NCBI RefSeq assembly: GCF_030028105.1
Contig: NC_092397.1
Location: 23,756,630-23,820,629 of the forward strand
DNA length: 64,000 nt
Origin: Mobula birostris
Taxonomy: Eukaryota
Direction: 5' to 3'
A program made the translations under genes and the position numbers. The notes under the pieces were generated by a model, which had not been told where the DNA came from, ran no database searches, and saw only the letters and a list, made by a program, of their open reading frames with translations. Below are positions 27,746-41,349 of this stretch, piece by piece; positions within the stretch are counted from its first letter, which is position 1; every line of letters starts with the position of its first letter.

Positions 27746-27803
27746 CCCGAAGCACGTTTCGTCTATCTTGTTCCTGTATTTCAGCCCGTGTTGTCGGTTC
27801 TGA

Positions 27804-28220
<417 letters not shown>

Positions 28221-28249
28221 ACCCAGCCTCCACAACAAGCACAAGAAAA

Positions 28250-28290
28250 GGCTCTTTTAAGAGCCACTACCACAGCAAAGGAAAGGGCTG
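28250..28290 (+). terminator. Histone stem-loop and HDE (H3)
   Basis: GGCTCTTTTAAGAGCC 28250-28265, then AAAGGGCTGT. Confidence 0.95.
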
Positions 28291-29049
28291 TCGCTTGCTG
28301 ATTATTGTAGTGACGATCTGCCTTCCTGATGGGGTTGTTCGGTTTCGCATTAACTGACCGCAATCATCAGCTGTTCTGTGCCGACAGGTTAATTCAGCAA
28401 GAGACAGGAGATGAACGCGCTCCCTCCCTGTCAGGGTCTCATCTGGCCCTTCACTTCTCCCACAAACCTGGCATGTACAGCTGCTGCGGCTGTTACCGTT
28501 TTGTTTGCTTTCGACATGCCCGGCTGTCCTTGGAGTGGGAGCATGCGGTCGCGATGGGTACAGTGGGAGATTTCCGAGAGCGGTAATTATATATTTTTGA
28601 TTTTATTCTTGTAAATGTTGTGAAAATAAACTTTTGTAGCTGGTACCTGATTGAAGGTCAGTCGGCAAAGTCGCCGGGAAGGTTATCATATATCTTCCCC
28701 CTGCAGTCCATCCCCAGAGACAGATCCCTCTCTCAAGACGCCCCCTCCCCTCTCACATAGGTTTCAGCAGTTCCCAATCAACTCAGCTGAATCGGGCTTT
28801 GGGATGCGAGGTGCGGAATCTCAGTCACGCTGTCCTGGAGCGGGAGAAGGAACTGGGCCTGCAGACCACCCCACCGGTCTCACTCTCTCTCACACACACA
28901 CAACCCGAGTGAAACGCAGTGTTTCACTTCAAATCTGGGACGTCAGGGCCGCTCTGAATGTCAGAGAGGTACCGGGAAAATCGGGTTTTATGCGATAAGT
29001 TCCCCCGCAAAACTCAGTCGGACCCGGCGCGGGAATCACAATATTCACG

Positions 29050-29090
29050 ATCAGCTCTTTTCTGAGATGTGGGTGGCTCTGAGAAGAGCC
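29050..29090 (-). terminator. Histone stem-loop and HDE (H1)
   Basis: Minus strand GGCTCTTCTCAGAGCC ACCCA, then GAAAAGAGCTG. Confidence 0.95.
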
Positions 29091-29126
29091 GTTGGGTTCA
29101 AACACTTACAAACGGTATACCTTAAT

Positions 29127-29777
29127 TCACTTTTTGACTGCTGTGTTCTTGGCAGCCGCCTTCTTCGGGGCTGCGAGTTTCTTGGGGCTCTTTGGCTTCG
29201 ACGCCGCTGGTTTCTTAGCTGCCGCTTTTTTAGCCGCTGGTTTCTTAGCTGCCGTTTTTTTAGCCGCTGGTTTCTTAGCTGCCGCTTTTTTAGCCGCTGG
29301 TTTCTTAGCTGCCGCTTTTTTAGCCGCTGGTTTCTTCGCTGCCGCTTTCTTAGCCGCTGGGTTCTTGGCGCCAGACTTCTTGCTTGGAGATTTCTTGATG
29401 GCAGATTTCTTTACCGATGGCTTGTTCGCTTTCTTCACCGCTTTCACGGCACTTTTTCCTTGACCGGATTTAAAGGATCCCGAAAGACCCGCGCCCTTGG
29501 TCTGAACCAAGGAGCCGCTTTCCACTCTCTTCCTGATGCACATCCTGATCTGGGCGCGACGTTTCCCCACATCGACACCGCTGCTGGTCAGAGCCTTCAT
29601 GATGGCCACAGCGGACATTCCCTTCCGATCGCGACAATCCGCCACAATCTTATCGATTTGTTCGCCCAGCTTGGGACCGGCTGGTTTGCTCCGGCCGGCC
29701 GCCTTCTTCTTGGGAGTCTTCTTTGCGGCGGCGGGTGCGGCTGGAGGAGCCGTTTCGGCGGGTGCTGTCTCGGTCAT
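29127..29777 (-). CDS. H1: Linker histone H1 (216 aa)
   Basis: MTETAPAE N-tail, winged-helix globular domain (LVQTKGAGLSGSFK), K/A/P-rich tail, stem-loop, H1-box promoter. Confidence 0.97.
   Translation of the reverse strand: MTETAPAETAPPAAPAAAKKTPKKKAAGRSKPAGPKLGEQIDKIVADCRDRKGMSAVAIMKALTSSGVDVGKRRAQIRMCIRKRVESGSLVQTKGAGLSGSFKSGQGKSAVKAVKKANKPSVKKSAIKKSPSKKSGAKNPAAKKAAAKKPAAKKAAAKKPAAKKAAAKKPAAKKTAAKKPAAKKAAAKKPAASKPKSPKKLAAPKKAAAKNTAVKK
29200..29362 (-). repeat. 30-bp coding tandem repeat (~5 copies, KKPAAKKAAA) in the H1 tail
   Basis: gccgcttttttagccgctggtttcttagct repeated. Confidence 0.9.
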
Positions 29778-29849
29778 GTCGGCGACTCTGGAAAATGCTT
29801 CTCACAATCAGACTGAATGAGAACTGAAGCGAAAGGCGGCGGCCCAGAG

Positions 29850-30280
29850 CAATTTAAAGACAGCGAGCGGACGGGGCGGAGACATCCTGCTGTCAGCTTC
29901 CGGAGACTTCATTTTTCTGTGTTTCTCTCTCCTCAAAAACTCTCCGATTCCAATTAAAATCGGACACTCCAGAGACCCAGACTGGTCCTTGTCCGTCACT
30001 GAGGCCGCAAAGTTCGCCGGAAAGAGAGTTTAATCGGGATTAAAGGCAGCACTTTCTATTTTAACCCGTTTGATTACTGCACTGCCCGCGATCTCTCTCC
30101 ATTTTGTTGACCTGTTCTCTGCTTTTCGGCTGAAATTTTGAAACTAACTAAAACTTTGCGATTAATTCCCGCTTCGGGACTGAGCTGGGGAGTGGGGCGA
30201 TCCCATAACAGAGAAATCTTTTCTTTTTGTACAGGAGGCGCTGGGAAATCCGGCGATGTGTTCGGACCCACAAACACAGT
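29850..30280 (-). promoter_or_regulatory. H1 promoter: TATA-like, GC box, H1/AC box and upstream TG box
   Basis: tttaaa 29853-29858; ggggcgg ~29873; AAACACA on minus strand at 29918-29924; TGTGTTT on minus strand at 30272-30278. Confidence 0.8.
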
Positions 30281-30329
30281 GATACTCGTCTAATCGCCCG
30301 CCGCTTTAAAACACTCTCTCTGAATCAGC

Positions 30330-30480
30330 AAGTTAGGCAGCATCAATGCTGAGAATGAACAGTCGACATTTCGGGCCGAGTCCCTTCATCAGGACTCTGG
30401 TGGGAGATGCTGCCTGACTTGCTGGGTTCCTCCAGCATTTTGGCCGCGTTGTTCGCCATTCCCAGAATCTCTTGTCGTTA
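30330..30480 (-). mobile_element. Penelope-derived short element with minimal hammerhead motif (30362-30395)
   Basis: Reverse complement reads gtc CTGATGA agggactcggccc GAAA tgtc gac. Confidence 0.7.
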
Positions 30481-30599
30481 TGCTGACACAATGTTCACAT
30501 CTGCACCTTCAGAGGCCTGTACTGCTGTCAGAACAAAACGACAGGTTCCTCGTCATATAACACGGTGATAAATCTGATTCTGATTCCAAGGAATAAAGG

Positions 30600-33500
30600 A
30601 CAAAGGACATTGTCTGACCAAACTGACTATGTAACTGAGAACCTCGGGTCCGGGAAATATACCTTGGAAATCTTTTCTACACTTTCCCCAGTTTAACCAC
30701 GTTTCCTATAATGGTGACAAGAGCTGTATACAAATCGGCAAGTGTGTCCTCCAGTCATTTACACAACTGTGACATAATGTCACAACTGATATACTCTATC
30801 CCCTGACTAATGAAGACCAGCATGTTAAACCCCGTTCTTCACCACCCTGTCTGCAAGTGACACAACTTTCAATGAACTGTGTTCACTTTACCCCTAAATC
30901 TCTCCGGCCCATTCCAGTCCCCAATGACCGATCTTTCATAGTGTAAGTTCTACACTGGTTTGACTTTCCAATATGCACCGCCTCACACTTATCTGTATTG
31001 AAATGCATTTGCCACACTTGACCCTCTTCCCTAAGTGATCATGAGCACCCTGTAATCCGCGACATCCTTCCAAGTTAAGTTGAGGGAAGTTTCTCCAACT
31101 CATTAATAAAACTTTTGTGCACTGGCATTGATCAGTGAAGGTCAGTGAAACCTTGTCCATTCTTGCCTCTTTTACTCTTCATATATCTGAAAATAAATCT
31201 TTTTGTATCTTGTTTCTATTATTGGCCAGTTACTTTCATAATTCATCTGAGTTCTGCATATTGTTATTATAGTTGTTCTGTTTTTTTGTTTTAAGTTTCC
31301 CATTCCTTTAGCTTCCCATTAATTTTGGTGATATTCTTTGCCCTCTCATGTTCTTTTATGCTGCCTTTGTCTTCTGTTGTTAGCGATGGTTGCCTCATCC
31401 TCCCTTTTAAATACTGTTTCTGCTGAGGGATGAACCGATCCTGTGTCTGCCAAATTTCTCCTGGAGACTGAAACTTTTCACACAAGGTAATCTGGGAAAG
31501 TTGAAATGCCCAACTGCTGTAAACTTGTTCCCATTACCCCTCTGTGTGATTTACTAATATGTCTGCTGCACAATATCTGAGCCGATTGGGAGGCCGGCAG
31601 TATAATCCCATCAAAATCATCATTCATCATTTTATTTAAAACCTATACTTACAAGACCTCATCAAAACCCCTCTTATTACTGAAGTGTTGGTCTCCTTAT
31701 TCAAAGATGCAACATCCCCCACCCATAAGGTAGCTTTTAAATGTTTCCCCTTCATCTTAAACCATTACCCTGTAAATTTAGGCTTCCCTACCCTACAAAA
31801 AGAGTGCTCACCTACTGATTTTGTAAACCTCTGGACGGTCACCAGACAGCTCCTTACACTCTCAGGAGAGAGAAAGAGAGTCCCAGTCTGTCCAGCTTCT
31901 GCTGATAATTAAAGTCCACCAGTGTCAGTAACATTCTCATCAAACTTCCCTCCACACTTGCCAGCTTCATGACATCTTTCCTGCAACTGGATGACCAGAA
32001 CTGTGCAAAATACAGTCTGGTCTCACTTTGACTTTTACAGCTGTCATACGGCATCCCAAATTCTCTACTCAGTTCCCTGATCAATGAAGACAAATAGGCC
32101 AAACACCACCTTCACCATCCTGACTACCTGTGTTGTCTCTTTCAGTGAATGATGTTTCTGTATTTCATGGACCCTCTTCTGTAATACTCTCCAAGGGACA
32201 AGAATTTACTGTGCAGATCCTTCCCTGGTTGAACTTCTCATAATGCAACACCTCAAACTTGTCCACATCAATATCCTTCTGCCATTTTTTGGCCGTCTTC
32301 CCCAGTTAATCTCCATCCTATTGTACTCTCACACAATCTTCACAGTCCACACTACCACCAGCATTGCTGTCATCTGCAAACTCACTGTCACCACAATGTC
32401 AGAAAATTGTTAATGTAGATGACAATTGACAGTACCAGCACCGATCCCTGTGACTGTCACTGGTCAGAGACCTCCAACCTGAATAACAAGCTGCCATGAC
32501 CACCCTCTGCCTCCTTCCATCAAGACAAGTATCTTGTCTGGCATCCCCTCTGCTCCAAATGTGTAATACAAAAGAAATAAAGATTAAATCAAAATATATC
32601 TACCTATGGCCTACATCTCTCAGAAGAGACAAAACCTGAACTCCCCACTCCAATTCTGGCCCACTCATACAATGACCGCTCTGGTTAAGTATAACTTTTT
32701 ATTGGATCTTGCCACGTTCCGAATTATGGGCAATCAAACATTTCCTCGGGAACTGTGACATGCAAAATGTGCCAACTGCCCAGGTTCACTTCATCAAACT
32801 CCCTCTCCTTTTATATAATCTGATGACTGTGTGGAACTGTGGCACTCAAAACTGTGGACTGCAGGAAACCAGAGTACATGCCTGCACTGTTCTACAAGGC
32901 CACAAATGATTAAAAAAACACTGTATAACAAACACTGGAATTCCCCAACTGAGATGAATGGGGAGGCTGGATAACTGAAAAGATTCAAAGAGAAGGAAGA
33001 TAAATGTTTGTAAAATCAGGGAAGTGGGATTGACATACAAGGAAGGCTGATGGCAGATCAGACTTTATATGGAATTGTGGGTGAGGGACTAAGAGAGGAC
33101 ACACTGGAGGGTTCATCCAGTGGGACAATGTGGATAGAGCTCAGGATAAGAGAGGTGCATTCACTGATGGGGTTATACCACAGGCCTCCCAAATGCCGGC
33201 AGGAGATAAAGGAACAGAAATGTAGCAGGTAATGAAAGATGTAAAAGCAACAGGGTAGTTGCAGTGGGTGACTAATTTCCCCAATGTTGACTGGGACTCC
33301 CTTAGAGTCAGGGGCTTAGATATCACCGAATATGTTAGAAGAATACTGGGATGTTACTTAACATAGAAGTGGATAGTCTAACCCGGGAAGGGAGCCATAG
33401 AAACATAGAAACATAGAAAATAGGTGCAGGAGTAGGCCATTCGGCCCTTCGAGCCTGCACCACCATTTATTATGATCATGGCTGATCATCCAACTCAGAA

Positions 33501-36500
33501 CCCCGCCCCAGTCTTCCCTCCATACCCCCTGACCCCCGTAGCCACAAGGGCCATATCTAACTCCCTCTTAAATATAGCCAGTGAACTGGACTCAACTGTT
33601 TCCTGTGGCAGAGAATTCCACAGATTCACCACTCTCTGTGTGAAGAAGTTTTTCCTAATCTCGGTCCTAAAAGGCTTCCCCTCTATCCTCAAACTGAGGC
33701 CCCTCGTTCTGGACTTCCCCAACATCGGGAACAATCTTCCTGCATCTAGCCTGTCCAATCCCTTTAGGATCTTATACGTTTCAATCAGATCCCCCCTCAA
33801 TCTTCTAAATTCCAACGAGTACAAGCCCAGTTCATCCAGTCTTTCTTCATATGAAAGTCCTGCCATCCCAGGAATCAATCTGGTGAACCTTCTTTGTACT
33901 CCCTCTATGGCAAGGATGTCTTTCCTCAGATTAGGGGACCAAAACTGCACACAATACTCCAGGTGTGGTCTCACCAAGGCCTTGTACAACTGCAGTAGTA
34001 CCTCCCTGCTCCTGTACTCGAATCCTCTTGCTATAAATGTCATAGAAAACATTGTATTGGGAAATGAGCCTGGCCATTGATAGAAGTTTCATTTTGGGAA
34101 CAGTAAATAAGGACAAGACTGGACCTGGTGGTAATATGGTCATTTGGGGTACAGTTAATTGCAACTGTCTACATTGAACATGTAAATGATGTTTAAAAGC
34201 AATCGGGTCAGAATTCAGACAGAACTGTTTCTATGAGGAGGAAACACAAGGATGGTAAAGTCTGGCAGAGGGGCATAGTGAGAGATGTTATGAATTCAGA
34301 CTGAAAGAAAATGAAGGATAAGGAATATTTCAGAAGTAGAAATTGGAGAAAGCCTCTGGCAACATGAAACAAGTAAGAGAGAAGTTAGAGAGAGAATCAG
34401 AAGTGTGAAACGGGAAGAAGAAATAACTTTGGTGAGAAGGGGCACTGCGAAGAGGGTACGACAACACAAGCACAGAAGAGAGAGTTTATGTCTGAAGTGT
34501 GCGAAGGACTAAACCTGTACTTCTCATCAGTATTCATCAATGTGGTCATGGAGGATAGTGAGATCAGAGAAGGGAATGTTGATATTCCAGGGCATGTTGT
34601 TCCTCAGGCAATGGAGACAAATTACAGATTGGTGAGTCTTGGATCAATGTTCGGGAAATTATTCGAGAATATTATTAGAGATAGGATCTCTAATAAAAGT
34701 TTGGAGGGTAAAAGGAGGATATCATGATTCAGAAGGCAAAGTGAGCAAAATCCAAGAGATTCTCTTGGTATATTCATAGGAAAAGTTAAGTTAGACACAG
34801 AATCGTTCCCCTTGGAGGTGAACATGGCCATCTGTGTGTGGAGGCAAATGAAATAGGAGAGGCTATCCATGAATATTTCTGACAGTTATTTCACCATTGC
34901 AAAAATTCTTTAAGGTTGTTAAATCTCCAGGGCTTTATCAGGTACATTCTCGTACTTTGTGGGAAGCTGGAGAATACACTGTGGAGGCCAGGGGAGAGAT
35001 TATTTTGCTTCATCTCAGGCACCAGTTGAGGTTGCACATGATTGGACAGGGTGAGCAATGTGGAATTGATAGTTTTGAGGCCCAGACTGTGGATGATATG
35101 AAGAGGCAGGCTGTGTTGAGGAAGCAGGGAGTCTGCAGTAGCACTTGACAGATTTAGAGAATGGACAAGGAAGTGCCAGATGAAATACAGTGTAATGAAG
35201 TGTGTGGTCATGTACTCTGGTAGGAGGAATAACACCCTAGGCTCTTTCTAATCAGGGAGAGAACAGAAATCAGTTGTGTGAAGGGTCTTAGTGCACGATT
35301 CCCTAAAGGTTAATGCACACATTGAGTTGGTAGTGAGGAAGGCAAACGTAATACTTGCATGCATTTCAAGAGAACTAGAAAATAAAAACAAGGATCTAAT
35401 GCTGAGGCTTTGGTCAGACCTTATTTGGAGTATCATGAGCAGGCTTGGGTAACTTTTCTAAGAAAGGATGTGCTGGCATTGCAGAGGCTGTAGTGGAAAT
35501 TCATGAGAATGATCCCAGGACTGAAAGAGTTAGGATGTAATAATCATTTGATAATCTGGGCCTACAGTCACTGGAGTCTAGAAGAATGAGGGAGAATCTT
35601 ATAGAAACACATTGAATATTGAACGGCCTAGATAGCGTTGATGTGAGAGGATGTTTCCAATAATGGAGGAATCTAGAACCAAACCACACCCTCAATAAAA
35701 GATGCCCCTCTAGAATAGAGATGAGTAATTTCTTTAGTCAGAAGGTGATGAATCAATGGATTTCATTTCCACAGGCAGCCATAAAGGCAGTCAGTGTTTT
35801 TTTTTTAAAGCAGAGGTTAGTAGATTTTTAATTATTATTAAGGGTATCAAAGTTTATGGGTAGAAGGCAGGAGAATGGGGTTGAGATGGATATATGATGG
35901 AATGGCAGAACAGACTGAATGGGCCAAAAGGCCTAATCCTGCTCCTGTGACTTCAGGACTGATGGTTTATGCGCTGCCATTGTTCAAAAAGGGTAGTGGA
36001 AACTACAGGCCCATCAGTCTGTAATTTGTTGGAAGAGTTTCTGATGAACAGGATCCACCAAAATTTGGTTTGATTCAAGACAGTCAGCACAGTTTTGTGC
36101 AAGGAAAATTATGTCTGGTAATTTCTTGCAGCCCTTTGAGGGGTTTCACAAGGGCGTAGATGAGGTTAGGGCTGTGGATGTTGTTTATATGGACATTAGC
36201 CAAGCCTTTGATTATAGTCTGGAAAGTTAGATCTAGAAACTGGAATCTGGGGAGATAGTTGATCGATTCCATAATTGCCTCCGTGACAGGAGGCAGAGGC
36301 TGATGGTTGAGGGTTGTGTCTCAGACTGGAGCTGTCTGTCTAGTGGTGTGCCACTGGGTGACAGGACCTTTGTTGTTTGTAATTTATATAAATAATGTCC
36401 ATCTGAATGTGTAATTCACTGAAAGTGACGTCTCAGCTAGATACGGTGGTGAAGATGGGGTTTGATCTGCTGGCCTTCATCATTCATGTCACTGAGTACA

Positions 36501-39010
36501 AGAGTTGAGAAGAAGTGTTGCAGATACACAAGTCTTCGGTGAGGACTGATTAAAGGAAACCATGCTGACTTTGGCCTATTTTTTCATGTGTTGCCAAGTA
36601 CCCGAAAATACATCCTTGACAATTGACTCCATCATCTTCCCAACCACTGAGATCGGACTAGCTGGCCTATGATTTGCTTTCTTCTGCTTCTCTCTCTTTA
36701 AGAGTGGATGACCTTTGCAATTTTCCTGTTCTCTGGAACCACACCAGAATCCAGAGATTATGGAAAGATTATTACTAAAACTGCCACAATCTCTTCAGCC
36801 ACATCTTTCATAGAACTGGTGTAGATAATCTGGTCCAAGGGAATTTTCTACCTTCAGACCTTTCAGTTTCCCAAGGACCATCTCCCTAGTAAAGGCAAAA
36901 TCACTCATTTCTGCCCCCTGTTTCTCTTGAATTTCCAGCAGACTGCTAATATCGTCCTCAGTGAAGACTGATGCACAATACTTATTCAGATTGTCTGCCA
37001 TTTTCCTGTACCCCATTACTACCTCTCCAGTAACATCTTCCAATGAACTAATATCTACTTTTGCCTCTCTTTTACACTTTGTATATCTGAAGAAACTTTT
37101 GGTATCCTCTTTAATACCAGTGGCTAGCTTACCTTTGTATTCCAACTTTTCCCTCTCTTCATGACTTTTTTTGTTGCTTTTTGTTGGTTTTAAAAGTTGT
37201 AAATACTCTGAGAGTCAGGGACATCTCGGAGCAGATACAGAACAGGGGGATGGTGTTCATTCAGCCAGAGATGGTGATTCACATCGGTACCAATGGACAG
37301 GTAGAAAAGGGATGATGTCCCACAGAGAGTTTGGGAAGAAGTTATGGAGCAGAACCTGAAATGTTGTAATCTCCAGTTTACTCCTAGTGCCCTGTGGTGG
37401 TAGGGATACAAACAGAAAGTGAGAGCTAATGAATGTGTGGCTAAGGAGCTGATACAGGGACAGGGTTTCAGGATTACGGAACATTGGAACCTCTTCTGGT
37501 GCTGGGGTGACATTTACAAGAGGGATGGTTTGCAGTTTCAGTGGAGGGCGGTCAGGATCATGAAGTTCATTGCTGCACCCTATGAGGGTTGAAACGAGAT
37601 TGACAGGGGGATGTGAAACAGAACACTAGTCACTGAATGGAGAGATTGAAGCTAAGTTAGATGCCAGGCACAGCAATATGTAATGATGGATTTTGAGTCA
37701 AATCCACATCTGACCTGGAGTTTGTTTAAAGACCAGTGCAGTGTTTCAGGGCCAGTTTGTTCCAGTAAGAGGGAGGGTCAAGAATGGCAAGGTTCAGGAA
37801 CCTTGGATGATGAGACAGGAAGTTAATTTAATCGAGGAGGAGGAAGAAGCATAAGTAAGGCTTAGGAAGCTAGAATCAAACAGGGTGTTTGAGGACTATA
37901 TTTAAAAAATAGGGGAACTCAAGAACATTCGGAGAGCTGGAAACAGTGATGAAAAATCTCCGGCAAGTAGGATTGAAGATAATCCCATTGTATTCCGTAC
38001 ATTCGTTGTGGTGAAAAGGATACCTAGGGCTGCACTTTGGGAGATCCAACATCAAGGGTGTGTACACAGTTAATGGCAGGAACATTAACAGTATTGACAA
38101 AGAGAAGGATGTCGAGGTTCAGAGACATCGGTTCCCTAAAACTGGGAGCACAGGTTGACAGGGAGGTGAAGTCGGTGTATGGCATGTTTACCTTCATCAG
38201 GCAAGGCATTGAGTTCAAGCACCAGGACATGATGTTACAGGTTTATAAAATGCTGGTTAGGCCACATTGAGAGTATCGTGTTCAGTTCTGATCACCTCAA
38301 TATAGGAAGCATGTGGAGGGTTCGGAACAGGATGTCTGGAGGAGGTGTGCGCTGAGGAGAGGCTCGACGTGCTGAAACTTTTTGCTTCTGGAGTGGCGTT
38401 GGCTCAGGAGAGATTTGATAGAAACCTGTGGAATCTTGTGGTCATAGTTGGTGTAGACAGCCAGTAATATTTTTCACAGAAGGCATGTATTTAAGCTCAG
38501 AGGAAGAAAGTGAAGAAAACAGATTGATGGAGACATGGAATGCACTGCCAGGGGTGGTGGCAGAGACAGAGAGCACAGGAGTATTTAAGGAAATCTTAGA
38601 CAGTCACAAGTATTTGTAGAGAAGGGCCAAAGGGCCACTCCTGTACTGTCCTTTGTTCTCTGAACAGCAGATGGCCCCTGGGCATGGATCCGTGCAGGAG
38701 ACTGGGATATTATATCCCCAACAGAAAAATGATTGTCGGAGGGGCAGGACCGGCAGCTCAGTTTCACAGTACAAATGCTACAGGTACGATGGAGTGGACG
38801 GGAGAGAAGAGAATGCAGAGATGTGTTTGACCAGGGAGAACATCTCAGTGGTACTTAAAGAAGACATCCCTGGGGATTGCCGCATCATGTATACTGGGAC
38901 CGCCGCACTGCAAAAGGGTTGGTGGCGCAGAATTTATTCTGTGTGTCCAGTTTTATCAATCAGTGTTTAGAAGTTCCTACTAGAGACAGGACAGAACTGA
39001 ACCTCCTTGT
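30600..39010. mobile_element. Dense mosaic of CR1 fragments separating H1 from H2A
   Basis: Multiple RT/APE remnants in ORFs 31854-, 33050+, 34488+, 36795-, 38037+. Confidence 0.75.
33404..34040 (-). mobile_element. Young 5'-truncated CR1 insertion with 8-bp TSD
   Basis: Uninterrupted ORF2 C-terminus (33495..34052); (ttctatgt)n tail; catagaaa at 33396-33403 and 34041-34048; splits an older CR1 APE region. Confidence 0.88.
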
Positions 39011-39026
39011 CGATCCACCCACCCCC

Positions 39027-39095
39027 TCCCTTTTCTTCCTGGCACAAACAAAAGTCTGTATCAGAGCGACCCACCGCCTCACAGAGGGAGCCGCG
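39027..39095 (+). pseudogene. Orphan H4 3' end (degenerate stem-loop plus downstream element), CDS absent
   Basis: gcacaaacaaaagtctgtatcagagcgacccaccgcctcacagagggagccg aligns to H4 3' gcacgaaacgaaggctcttttaagagccacccaccgcctcacagacggagccg. Confidence 0.75.
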
Positions 39096-39617
39096 TCTCG
39101 GGAGATCTGACCAAACTGACCCCGTCTTTGCAAATGTTCATTTATATTTCAGAGACCCAGGCGGACGAGATTTTCAGTAAATACTGTCAGTTCCATACGG
39201 TAAATGTACTTTTGCAGATAAATGTAAAGCTGCAAATCAATATTGTTCTGTGAGGCGGTGGGAATTGCTCATGAAGCGATCAGTGGGACGGTCCAGGGTC
39301 AACCCGCAATGTGAAACCCAGACAACGCGGTTTCAGGTCATGAAGACCGGAATCGTTCAATGATCGGAGATTAAATTCACCCTCCGGGGGCTGACTCTGA
39401 AAGTTAATTTCCCCGCCCCACAAGGCGAGAGAGCTCCATTCAGCCAGCAGAGAGGGGAAATGAGGCAGGGTGTAGCGGACCGCGTACTCTGCAGACTTTT
39501 ACCGATTTAATTCGCGGAAGAAACACGACGGAAGGAGAGAAAACGTTACCAGGGATGCCTCCGATCGGGGCCGTGTCAGATACACAGCCGAGTTACTCCG
39601 AACGGTAATCACCCGCT

Positions 39618-39661
39618 GTTCAGCCCTTCCACAGACACTGTGAGTGGCTCTGAAAAGAGCC
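39618..39661 (-). terminator. Histone stem-loop and HDE (H2A)
   Basis: Minus strand GGCTCTTTTCAGAGCC, then GGAAGGGCTG. Confidence 0.93.
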
Positions 39662-39691
39662 TTTGGGTAAATAGGTTCAGTTTACGTCGCT

Positions 39692-40335
<644 letters not shown>

Positions 40336-40854
40336 TCATTGTTCAAATTTAATCTGAAATTAAATCATTGCTGATCTGTTTGAGGACTGGGTCTTCGTAT
40401 TTCCCCCTGTTATTGAAACCGGGCACATTTAATGTAAGTGTAGTTGATAATGGAGTGTCTGGGAACTCAAATTTCTTTCAACTCGTAAAGGAACCGAGTA
40501 AAACTGACACTCAGCTTCTGCCCGGTGCTGGTCATTGTGTAAACGTTAGCAGGTTATGGACAAACGGCTCTTCTCAAACTGTGACCAGCGGCTAGTCTGC
40601 AATTTTTTTAAAAAAACTGTTCTATGAAAGAACCGTGAAGTCGTTCCGGCCTCGAATTAAAATGAGATTCAGAGAAGTTACCTAACTCCAAATAATAAAC
40701 TCCTGAACCCACAGCTAAAACAGCAACGGGAGTGGGAGGAATGTTAAACACCAGGATTATAGGGGGAAGATGAAGCGGATATTCCAACCGCTCTTTAGCT
40801 CCTGTAAAAGCCACCACACATAAAACGTGCGCCATGTATTGCCTAAATGCTAGT

Positions 40855-40896
40855 ACAACTCTCTCAGTGAAATCGTGAGTGGCTCTTAAAAGAGCC
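40855..40896 (-). terminator. Histone stem-loop and HDE (H2B-1)
   Basis: Minus strand GGCTCTTTTAAGAGCC, then GAGAGAGTTGT. Confidence 0.93.
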
Positions 40897-40927
40897 GTTG
40901 TGTTTTCGATCATCTCACTGGGGAACT

Positions 40928-41302
40928 TTACTTGGAGCTGGTGTACTTGGTCACCGCCTTTGTCCCTTCGGAAACGGCGTGCTTGGCCAGCTCCCCGGGC
41001 AGCAGCAGGCGCACGGCGGTCTGGATCTCCCGTGAGGTGATGGTTGACCGCTTGTTGTAATGGGCCAGGCGTGAAGCCTCGCCCCCGATGCGCTCGAAGA
41101 TGTCGTTGACGAATGAGTTCATGATGCTCATGGCCTTGGAGGAGATGCCAGTATCGGGGTGAACCTGCTTCATCACTTTGTAGATGTAGATGGAGTAACT
41201 CTCCTTCCTCAGCCTCTTGCGCTTCTTCCCTGCCTTACCGGCTGGTTTGGGCAGAGTTTTCTTGGCGCCCTTCTTCGGAGCGGGTTTCGCTGTCTCAGGC
41301 AT
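40928..41302 (-). CDS. H2B: Histone H2B (124 aa; ATG at 41302)
   Basis: [15 protein letters not shown]...[21 protein letters not shown]...TKYTSSK. Confidence 0.98.
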   Translation of the reverse strand: MPETAKPAPKKGAKKTLPKPAGKAGKKRKRLRKESYSIYIYKVMKQVHPDTGISSKAMSIMNSFVNDIFERIGGEASRLAHYNKRSTITSREIQTAVRLLLPGELAKHAVSEGTKAVTKYTSSK

Positions 41303-41349
41303 TTCAGCTGACCGCTTCAGAACCACAAATAAGCAAAACGGACCCGGAG

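Noticed and set aside
29067-29816. Plus-strand 249-aa and 123-aa repetitive ORFs
   Set aside because: Antisense shadows of the H1 tail repeat
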